NCBI GenBank assembly: GCA_033852095.1
Contig: JAWSVD010000074.1
Location: 36,225-100,224, forward strand
Source of the DNA: Granulosicoccaceae bacterium
Lineage (GTDB): Bacteria; Pseudomonadota; Gammaproteobacteria; CALCKW01
Direction of reading: 5' to 3'
Length of the DNA: 64,000 nucleotides
This document shows positions 48,138 through 56,153 of this stretch, piece after piece. The position numbers were made by a program, and so were the translations under genes. The notes beneath the pieces are model-generated. The model was not told the origin of the DNA, did no database searches, and saw only the letters and a program-made list of their open reading frames with translations. Numbering within the stretch: the first letter of the stretch is position 1; every line of letters begins with the position of its first letter.

Positions 48138-50186
48138 ATGGATGAACAAGCTCTAGCCACTACCCCAGCCATCCCCGCCGAAGCCCAGGCAGAAGCGCTG
48201 GTGGTTTTCACCCCCTCGGGCCACCGGGGTCGATTTGCAGTGGGCACGCCCCTCTTGCAAGCTGCCCGCTCACTGGGTGTGGACATAGATTCCGTCTGCG
48301 GTGGTCGCGGCTTGTGCGGTCGCTGCCAGATACTCTGCATGGAGGGCGACTTCCCCAAACACGGCATACGCTCCAGCGCCGCCAGCCTGTCCGATTTTAG
48401 CGGCACCGAAGAACGCTTTGAACGGGTTAAAAAGAAATCCCTCGACGGCCGCCGTCTCAGCTGCCACACCCTGCTGCAAGCCGATGTGGTGGTCGATGTG
48501 CCGCCCGAATCGCAGGTGCACCGCCAGGTGGTGCGCAAAGACGCCGAAGCACTCGATATCGAGCTCGACGCCAACATCCGTCTGCACTACGTCGAAGTGC
48601 AAGAACCGGACATGCACGACCCCTCCGGGGATCTGCGCCGCCTCAAGGCGGCACTCGAAAGCGAGTGGCAGCTGCAAGATCTCGGCTGCGATTTCAACTT
48701 ATTGCCCGAATTACAAAAAACACTGCGCAAAGGCGGCTGGAAAGTCACGGTCGCGGTGGACAATGAATCCCAGATCATCGGCCTTTGGCCCGGCCTAAAG
48801 GAACGCATTTTCGGCCTGGCCGTGGACGTCGGCTCCACTACCATCGCGGCGCATCTGTGCGATTTGGCCAGCGGTGAAGTGCTCAACGCCGCTGGCATCA
48901 TGAACCCGCAGATACGTTTTGGCGAAGACCTGATGAGCCGCGTCTCCTACGTAATGATGCACCCGGGCGGCGACGTGGAGATGACCCAGGTGGTGCGCGA
49001 AGCGCTCAACACCCTGCTCGCGGACATCGCCAAAAAAGCGGATATCGCCGTGACAGACGTGCTCTCCTTCACCTTTGTCGCCAACCCGGTGATGCACCAC
49101 CTGTTGCTGGGCATTGACCCCATCGAGCTCGGCGGCGCGCCCTTTGCACTGACCATCGACGAGGCGGTCAATTGCCTCGCGCGCGAGCTCGACATAAACG
49201 CGCACGCCAACGCGCGGGTCTATTTACTGCCCTGCATTGCCGGCCACGTCGGCGCCGACACCGCGGGCATGATGCTGGCGGAACTGCCGCAGCGCTTCGC
49301 CGAGACCACCCTGCTGGTGGACGTGGGTACCAACGCCGAAATTGTACTGGGCAATGATCAGCGCATGCTGGCCTGCTCCAGCCCTACCGGCCCGGCCTTC
49401 GAAGGCGCACAGATCAGCGGCGGACAGCGCGCCGCCCCCGGCGCCATCGAACGTGTGCGCATCGACGCCACCACCCTCGAGCCACGCTTCAGCATCATCG
49501 GCTGCGAGCACTGGTCGGACCAAGATGAATTTACAGCCGCGGCCCCCAACGTCACCGGCATCTGCGGCTCGGGCATCATCGAGATCGTCGCGGAGATGTA
49601 CCTCAGCGGGGTCATCAACCAAGACGGCGCGATTGACCCGGCGATGACCGCGGTCAATGCGCGGGTCTACGAGGACGGCCGCACCTTCAGTTATTTGTTG
49701 TACGACGGCGAGGTGCGCATCGCCATCACGCAGAACGACGTGCGCCAAATACAGCTGGCCAAGGCCGCACTCTACGCCGGCATCAAACTGCTGATGGAAC
49801 ACATGAGCATCGAGCGCGTGGACCGCATTCGACTGGCGGGCGCCTTTGGCTCACACATCGACGTCAAATACGCCATGGTCTTAGGGCTGATCCCCGACTG
49901 TGTGCTGGACAAGGTCTCCTCGGCCGGCAATGCCGCCGGCTCAGGCGCGCGTATCGCGCTGCTGAACAAACAATCGCGACAAGTCATAGAAGATACCGTG
50001 CGCGCAGTGGAAAAAATAGAGACGGCGCTGGAGCCCCGTTTTCAGGAGCTCTTCGTTGACGCCATGGCCTTCCCGAACAAGACAGACAGCTTCCCTGAGT
50101 TGGCCAAAGAAGTCGCCCTACCGGCCAGCAAGGAAGTTGATCTGGGCGGCGAAAGACCCAAAGGGCGACGCAGACGCCGCCGCTGA
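48138..50186 (+). CDS. RACo/RamA-type reductive activator of corrinoid proteins ([2Fe-2S] ferredoxin plus ASKHA ATPase)
   Basis: It has an N-terminal plant-type ferredoxin (CGGRGLCGRCQ....C) followed by a roughly 550-aa ASKHA-fold region (DVGSTTIAAHL, LVDVGTNAEIVLG, CGSGIIE). It ends in GRRRRRR. Confidence 0.75.
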   Translation: MDEQALATTPAIPAEAQAEALVVFTPSGHRGRFAVGTPLLQAARSLGVDIDSVCGGRGLCGRCQILCMEGDFPKHGIRSSAASLSDFSGTEERFERVKKKSLDGRRLSCHTLLQADVVVDVPPESQVHRQVVRKDAEALDIELDANIRLHYVEVQEPDMHDPSGDLRRLKAALESEWQLQDLGCDFNLLPELQKTLRKGGWKVTVAVDNESQIIGLWPGLKERIFGLAVDVGSTTIAAHLCDLASGEVLNAAGIMNPQIRFGEDLMSRVSYVMMHPGGDVEMTQVVREALNTLLADIAKKADIAVTDVLSFTFVANPVMHHLLLGIDPIELGGAPFALTIDEAVNCLARELDINAHANARVYLLPCIAGHVGADTAGMMLAELPQRFAETTLLVDVGTNAEIVLGNDQRMLACSSPTGPAFEGAQISGGQRAAPGAIERVRIDATTLEPRFSIIGCEHWSDQDEFTAAAPNVTGICGSGIIEIVAEMYLSGVINQDGAIDPAMTAVNARVYEDGRTFSYLLYDGEVRIAITQNDVRQIQLAKAALYAGIKLLMEHMSIERVDRIRLAGAFGSHIDVKYAMVLGLIPDCVLDKVSSAGNAAGSGARIALLNKQSRQVIEDTVRAVEKIETALEPRFQELFVDAMAFPNKTDSFPELAKEVALPASKEVDLGGERPKGRRRRRR

Positions 50187-50789
50187 TTAAGCCGCTTGGC
50201 GTTGTTTCCTCTGCCCTCTGATGTGCCAGACGCGCCAGCCCTGCAACAACAACAGGGGCAGAAAATGATAAATGCCCATCATCACGTTGTATTCCAGCAG
50301 CACCCAGTGCAGAAAGGTCAGCAGCGCCGCGGCATAGGCCCAGCGCTGCAAAGGCTTCCAGCGCTTGCCGAGGGCCTTCACGGAACGGTTGTTACTAGTC
50401 GCGCCCAAGACCAATAACAGGGCAAAGGCTATCCAGCCAAACAAATAGCTTGGTTTGCTCACGCCGGCGAGGATATCCCACAACACGCCTTCGTCGATGA
50501 CATACAACACCGTGTGCAGTAGCGCGTAGGCCACGGCCGCCACCCCCCAGTGCCTGCGGGTCTTCATCAGCCAGCGGTTGCACGGGTTGGCCGGCCATAA
50601 CATCTGCAAGGGCGTGATGGCCATGGCGACCAGCATCAGACGCGTGGCGTACTTGCCGCTCGGGTGCAACAGGTAGTGCACCGTCGAATCACCGCTGATC
50701 CAGAGCCAGACAAACCAACACCAAGGCGCAGCCAGCAGAAACCAAAACAACGGCAGCATCAGGGCGCGTAACGCCGGCAGGGATGACAT
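50187..50789 (-). CDS. msrQ: MsrQ/YedZ-like heme-b ferric-reductase-domain membrane protein
   Basis: It has 5-6 TM helices with the conserved ITPL...RTRR...H..LH and LGKRW..LQ segments paralleling E. coli MsrQ. No msrP lies adjacent. The start is uncertain: the ATG at 50789 or the one at 50825. Confidence 0.55.
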   Translation of the reverse strand: MSSLPALRALMLPLFWFLLAAPWCWFVWLWISGDSTVHYLLHPSGKYATRLMLVAMAITPLQMLWPANPCNRWLMKTRRHWGVAAVAYALLHTVLYVIDEGVLWDILAGVSKPSYLFGWIAFALLLVLGATSNNRSVKALGKRWKPLQRWAYAAALLTFLHWVLLEYNVMMGIYHFLPLLLLQGWRVWHIRGQRKQRQAA

Positions 50790-51100
50790 ATGCAGCACCA
50801 AACACAGGGAAGATAAGCTTCTCATGCAAGTTCTGTGTCCGTGGCAAAATGCAAGTTGTTGAGATGCAAATTTGGGCTGGATTCGGAGCTTCTTAAGCGG
50901 GTGAAAGTGGCGGCAAGTGGCGTTGCCCCCTATCAGTGCTGACCTGAACAGAGCCGCGCTGAAGCTGCAGTCATCGCCGACAGTAAAACGCGCACCCCGC
51001 CGGCCTGCAATCCGCAGCGTTCACCGACGCTGAGCTCGCTGCCTGCTTGTACCAAGGAAAGCACTGCTCCACCGAGCACTCTTGATCAGGCGAAACGCGG

Positions 51101-52207
51101 TCAGTACTTAACCGCGATCAGCAGATCCATGACATTGGTCCCGGTCGGCCCAGTGACAAACAGCTGCCCCGTGTCCCGCAGAAAGCTGCCCGCGTCGGCG
51201 ACCGTCAAGGCGGCAGTTGCGCCCGCGGCATCGACCGACGCTCGGCCGAACCACCCGCCAGCGGCGTCCGTCGGGCCGTCACTGCCGTCGGTGCCCGCCA
51301 CCAAACCCACCACCGGCTGCCCCGCCAAACGCACCGCCAGTGCCAATGCCAGCGCCTGGTTGCGCCCGCCTTCGCCTGGATTGTCGGGCAATAACACGGT
51401 GGGTTCGCCGCCCAACACGTAGACGCCGGGCTCACCGGCTTTTAACTGAGCGGCCACCTGATCGGCGATGACAAAGACATCGTCGTACAGAGACTCCTCA
51501 TTGCAGCGCACCGTCATACCCTCTTGTTCGAGCACCGCCACAGCCGCTGTGCGTGCCACAGCGTTGCTGGCCACCAGGGTGTGGCGGCTCGAGTCGCTGA
51601 GCAAGCCAATGCCCGAACCGATAACCGCGGGATCGTCACCGGCAACATCCGACAGCAGCCAACTCTCAATGTCACTGCCGCACAGTTTCTCTAGGCCGCC
51701 GCCTTTGATCACGGACAAGCTGCAGCGCACTGTGTTTATCTCGCCGATATCAGCGCCCGCCGCCAGCAGGGCCTGCGTCTTCTGCTGCAGGGAGGCCAGG
51801 CTCTCCCCCGGTATGAGCTTCTCCACCAAGGCCGATGCTCCGCCCGATACCAGTAGCAACACGGGTTGATCGACCGCACAGGCTTGCACAAAGGCGAGCA
51901 CGCGTTCGCCCGCGTCCAAGCTGCGCTGGTCCGGCACGGGGTGGGAGGATTCAATTTGCTCAACAGCCGGATTGGCCTGCAACTCAGCATCACTGTGACC
52001 GTCCTTGGTGATCACCAGCGCACGCTCCACGGCGACACCCGCTTGTAACAGGCCCTTCAGCATCGACGGCGCGGCCTTGCCCACCGCGAGCACGTGCAGC
52101 GCCTGCTCAAATTCAGCGCTCTGCGCAGCGACACTCACCGCCCGCTCACCTTTCACTTCATCGACGGCCGACCACCAAGCCCTCTCGATGCATGCCTCGA
52201 AGCTCAT
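51101..52207 (-). CDS. Glycerate kinase of the MOFRL family (glycerate 2-kinase / TtuD-like)
   Basis: The 368-aa protein has an N-terminal DUF4147-like Rossmann domain and a C-terminal MOFRL domain (GGEPTV....GGRNQ). Confidence 0.7.
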   Translation of the reverse strand: MSFEACIERAWWSAVDEVKGERAVSVAAQSAEFEQALHVLAVGKAAPSMLKGLLQAGVAVERALVITKDGHSDAELQANPAVEQIESSHPVPDQRSLDAGERVLAFVQACAVDQPVLLLVSGGASALVEKLIPGESLASLQQKTQALLAAGADIGEINTVRCSLSVIKGGGLEKLCGSDIESWLLSDVAGDDPAVIGSGIGLLSDSSRHTLVASNAVARTAAVAVLEQEGMTVRCNEESLYDDVFVIADQVAAQLKAGEPGVYVLGGEPTVLLPDNPGEGGRNQALALALAVRLAGQPVVGLVAGTDGSDGPTDAAGGWFGRASVDAAGATAALTVADAGSFLRDTGQLFVTGPTGTNVMDLLIAVKY

Positions 52208-52508
52208 GACACGACTCCATTCCTAAACATTTGAGAAAAAAACACCAATAACTGAACAAGCTTAAGAAACTCACTGCATATCGGCACCCAAGAGCAGCCC
52301 ACCGAAGTAGCCTTTCCAACTTTTGCCAGCCGCTCTATTACAATTGCCGCCTGATTCAGCACCGCTTGCACACAGACAAGCCAACCATTGTATGTGAAAG
52401 CTTGTTTTTCTAACAGGCACCGACAAGTAGCTGATCAAAGCACTGGCAAATACGAGCCATAAAGCGTGGCTCGGCAGATAAACACTCAACGCAGCACACG
52501 CGCTGTTC

Positions 52509-53312
52509 GTGCATCACACGATGACACTATTAATGATGAATGGAAATGCTCAAAACCCAGCGTATATTGCGACGACGATGTTCGAGCAAGACCCCTACTT
52601 TCGCGCTCGCATTGGCTTCATTCTCTCCGCTACCGATCAAACTTTTCAATCGGACGCTCTGGCTCTGCAACCCGAAGGGGTGGGCTTGTATTTTACCAGA
52701 CTGGCCGAAACCTCCTTCGATGGGCTGCTGGACAGCGCTGATTTTGAACAAGCAATGGCCAGTGTCAGCGATGTCGCGCGCACGCTGTTACCCGCCGGTG
52801 GCTTGGATGTCGCCAGTTATGCGGGCGAAGAGTTGATCAATCAGATCACCGCGCCCTATTTAAACAAGGCACTGCAGCTCGGTGCCCAAGGCTCACTGGT
52901 CTCTTCTTGTTATGCTGCCACCCGTCGTGCGCTGCGGGCAGTCGACGCTAAACGCATCGTGATAGCGACCGGAAAAACGGGCCCACGGAACCAAGCAACG
53001 GTCGACATGTTCAACGCCTGCGGCGCTGAAGTGCTGAGCATTCAAGGCTTAAACCTCAAAAACCAGGCTGATCTGGGCCGCCTCTCACACGCCTACATCC
53101 GTGACTTCAGCCTCTCGGTAGACCGTGCGGACGCCGATGCGATCATCATCAGCTCCCACGCGATGCGCGCCATGGAAATTGTGGATCAAATTGAACAAAT
53201 TGCCGCTAAACCCGTGCTCTGCTCTAACCAGATCACCATTTGGGACGCCTTTCGATGCGCCGGCATCAGCGATAAATTTCAGGGTTACGGCAGCCTGCTG
53301 CGCTGCCACTGA
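52509..53312 (+). CDS. Asp/Glu/hydantoin racemase-superfamily protein (maleate isomerase / arylmalonate decarboxylase-like)
   Basis: The family assignment rests on RIGFILSATDQT near the N-terminus and a second half-domain with a conserved Cys/Ser context. The start may be the later ATG at 52578. Confidence 0.5.
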   Translation: MHHTMTLLMMNGNAQNPAYIATTMFEQDPYFRARIGFILSATDQTFQSDALALQPEGVGLYFTRLAETSFDGLLDSADFEQAMASVSDVARTLLPAGGLDVASYAGEELINQITAPYLNKALQLGAQGSLVSSCYAATRRALRAVDAKRIVIATGKTGPRNQATVDMFNACGAEVLSIQGLNLKNQADLGRLSHAYIRDFSLSVDRADADAIIISSHAMRAMEIVDQIEQIAAKPVLCSNQITIWDAFRCAGISDKFQGYGSLLRCH

Positions 53313-53737
53313 GGCGCAGACTGAGGCCTTGAAAGGCCAAGCCAGTGAAGTGAAAGCTGAGTAAACAACACAGCACCAGCACCTCGCTGGCTTTTAAAAA
53401 TCGCAAGCGCAGAGTTCCCCCTTCAAATTAAACACGCAGTTAATATTCAGTGTCGCGTGAGTCCTCTTGAAAACAGCGTGATCCTTGAGTTTTTCGTGGC
53501 TCGCACCTGGCTATCAACCGCACTACTCAGCGTTCAGTTGAATTGAACACACAGCTTAGAATCGACGCTCAGAAAAGGTTTTCCCGTCGCTGACCACAAG
53601 AAATCCCACCCGAGACATTTCGCAACACGCGTTAGACTCAACAGGCCTGCCTCCCTTTCGGGGGTATCTCCAACGACCCGCACAGTCGCGGCCTGAATCC
53701 GGCATGCTGGGGAGATCACTTCAGCCGCGGGCTCATT

Positions 53738-54967
53738 ATGCAAAACCACCCTTTGCGCAACCTGATCATCCAAGAGGTTCATGCGCGCCCTTTTTACAAT
53801 TTGCACGCACCGCTGGCGCAGTGCCATATTGCCGTTGCCTACAGCCCCGCTGAAAGGGCCGTGACCGCACAGCACATACAACAGCTTGCGCCACAACTCG
53901 GTCTCGATGCACAGCCAGCGGACAGTGGCTTCTTCTTTTGCCGCAACAAAGAGTGGGCACTGCGTTTTGAGCCGCACACGGATTTTTTCACTGTGACGCT
54001 CTACAAACTGCAGCAATTGACGCCGCCACGCTTCCCACAGGACTGGCTCGACAAGCTGCCCGGGCAGCTGCTCTGTGGCATCGAACTGATACTGCGGGAC
54101 GAAACCACGGATTACCCCGCCGACCGGGAATACACAGTGCAGTCTCTGGCCGACGGCACGGCCCGCATTCACACGGACTTTCTGCCCACGGGCAACCAGC
54201 GCTTCAATCGTTTTATCGTGCAAAGCCTCGGCATTCAACCCGCCCAGACAGGAAGACTGCTCAATCTTCTGTGTGAAATCGAGACCTATAGACACGCCGC
54301 GATGCTCTCTCTGCCGATGGCCCGCAAGCAAATGCCGCAAATCACGGAATACGACCAACAACTGGCGCAGATAGCAGAGCGCGCCACGCTGGACGAAGAA
54401 CCCGGCGTCTTGTTGCAAGAGCTGAGCGCCCTCGCGGCATCAGTCGAAGCGCTTTCTGCGCGTTCAGCCAATCAATTTTCCGCCTCAGAGGCCTATTTTA
54501 ATCTCGTCGACCGGCGTATCAAAGAACTGCGAGAGCACCACGAACCAGGCTTGCTCAACATCGCTGAATTCATGGACCGTCACCTCGTGCCCGCGCGGGA
54601 CACTTGCAGAGCCTGTGGCACGCGCATCGACCGCCTCTCCAACCGCATCGCGCGCACAACCGATTTGATACGCTCCCAGGTCAGCCTCAATCTCGAGAGC
54701 CAGAACCGAGATCTGCTGACCGCCATCAACCGCCGCACGGACCGTCAGCTGCGCTTACAAGCCAAGGTCGAAGGCCTCACCGTTATCGTGGTCACCTACT
54801 ACGCCTTCGATCTACTGGAGCGGAGTATCCGCAACATTTTTCCCACGGGCTATTGGGAAGATTTGAGCTTGAAACTGCTGAGTGCAGTCGTGCCCTTCAT
54901 CGCGCTCGCACTGTACCTGCACGTGAGGAAGTTGCTGCGAGACTTCAGCGACACTGCCGATCAGTAG
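53738..54967 (+). CDS. DUF3422-family membrane-anchored protein
   Basis: The 409-aa protein has a long soluble N-terminal domain and two C-terminal TM helices (VIVVTYYAFDLL..., LLSAVVPFIALALYL). The family name is from memory. Confidence 0.45.
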   Translation: MQNHPLRNLIIQEVHARPFYNLHAPLAQCHIAVAYSPAERAVTAQHIQQLAPQLGLDAQPADSGFFFCRNKEWALRFEPHTDFFTVTLYKLQQLTPPRFPQDWLDKLPGQLLCGIELILRDETTDYPADREYTVQSLADGTARIHTDFLPTGNQRFNRFIVQSLGIQPAQTGRLLNLLCEIETYRHAAMLSLPMARKQMPQITEYDQQLAQIAERATLDEEPGVLLQELSALAASVEALSARSANQFSASEAYFNLVDRRIKELREHHEPGLLNIAEFMDRHLVPARDTCRACGTRIDRLSNRIARTTDLIRSQVSLNLESQNRDLLTAINRRTDRQLRLQAKVEGLTVIVVTYYAFDLLERSIRNIFPTGYWEDLSLKLLSAVVPFIALALYLHVRKLLRDFSDTADQ

Positions 54968-55077
54968 CGCAAAGCCCGCGAACGGGGAAAGTCCATTCAC
55001 GGATCATGTTGCTGCCTACTTCGCCAATTCACGACCCTATGAACTTAAGAGTGCACCCACGCCGGGGGGCAGGGTCG

Positions 55078-55119
55078 GGCCACGTTGGTCGCGCCACGTT
55101 GGTCGGGCTACCTTGGTCG
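55078..55119. repeat. Three tandem copies of a 14-nt unit
   Basis: The units are GGCCACGTTGGTCG, CGCCACGTTGGTCG and GGCTACCTTGGTCG. They lie in the 547-bp non-coding region upstream of the response regulator. Confidence 0.6.
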
Positions 55120-55422
55120 ACCCAAGCCGCGCAGGCCAAGGCAGCAGCTGATCAGCTTGCATTTCCATGGCTTGTAATACACGATTCGAATTGGACGTGA
55201 CGAACAGCTAGCCAGTGACAGACGAATTTCTCGCCAAAGACCGCGCATTCACCTGTCACAAGTTCGTTCGTAACTAACAACAACTTGCAGCAGATGTCAC
55301 AACACACCGACAAAAGCCAACGCCAACCCAACGCCAAACATTGCAATTAAGCGATGCCCCTGTTAACTTTTTGCCGGTGCTGTTTAAGTAGTACCCCGTT
55401 CCAGTTGTATCAAGGAGGATTC

Positions 55423-55518
55423 TTGTTCGGCCAAGTCAGCGTAAAACAACACCTGGGCAAGGTTAAGTTCGCAACAGCCCAGATTCAAACACCGGTTGCT
55501 CAGGTAAAAAAACCTTGA
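55423..55518 (+). CDS. Candidate 31-codon upstream ORF coupled to the response regulator gene
   Basis: An AAGGAGG Shine-Dalgarno (55412-55418) is followed 4 nt later by a TTG. The ORF encodes MFGQVSVKQHLGKVKFATAQIQTPVAQVKKP*. Its TGA stop overlaps the TTG start of the regulator (cTTGAgc). Confidence 0.3.
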   Translation: MFGQVSVKQHLGKVKFATAQIQTPVAQVKKP

Positions 55519-56153
55519 GCGAACACACAAAAGCCCCGTTGTCCGTGCTCGCCGCTGATGATCATCAGATCTTTCTGCAGGGCCTCTGCAGCCTTTTTAT
55601 ACAGATTGAGAATTACCAGCTGATCGGCACCTGCACCAATGGCGACGACTTGCTGGGCCTCGCCAAGTCTGAGGCCCCCGCTGTTGTTTTACTCGATCTC
55701 TCCATGCCAGGGCCCGGTGCCACCGCGCTGTTGACGGAGCTGCTGCGCATCAACCCCGCTGTTAAGGTGGTTGCGTTGACTTTGCACCTTGATGCCGCGC
55801 GGGCGAAGCAGCTTTTCTCCCTGGGCCTCGCCGCCTACGTGCTCAAGGAGTCAGCCTTCCACGAGCTCATCATCGCACTGGACACGGTGGTGCACGAGGA
55901 GCGTTACGCATCCCCGGCCCTGCAGGCTGCAATGAATGGCGATCAGGCGGCTGCAGAGCCCCTCACCGGCCGCGAGCTGATGGTGCTCGATGCCGTGGCT
56001 CGGGGCATGAGCAACAAGGAGATTGCACGTGAACTCAGCATCAGTGAACGCACGGTGCGCTTTCACCTGTCCAATACCTTCAGCAAATTGGACGTGGTGA
56101 GCCGTTCCAGCGCCGCCGCGAAAGCGCTCAGCTTGGATCTAATCCGTATCTGA
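55515..56153 (+). CDS. LuxR/NarL-family response regulator
   Basis: It has a receiver domain (VLAADDH...LLDLSMPG) and a LuxR-type HTH (LTGRELMVLDAVARGMSNKEIARELSISERTVRFHLSN). It has a TTG start with no Shine-Dalgarno of its own. Confidence 0.8.
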   Translation: MSEHTKAPLSVLAADDHQIFLQGLCSLFIQIENYQLIGTCTNGDDLLGLAKSEAPAVVLLDLSMPGPGATALLTELLRINPAVKVVALTLHLDAARAKQLFSLGLAAYVLKESAFHELIIALDTVVHEERYASPALQAAMNGDQAAAEPLTGRELMVLDAVARGMSNKEIARELSISERTVRFHLSNTFSKLDVVSRSSAAAKALSLDLIRI

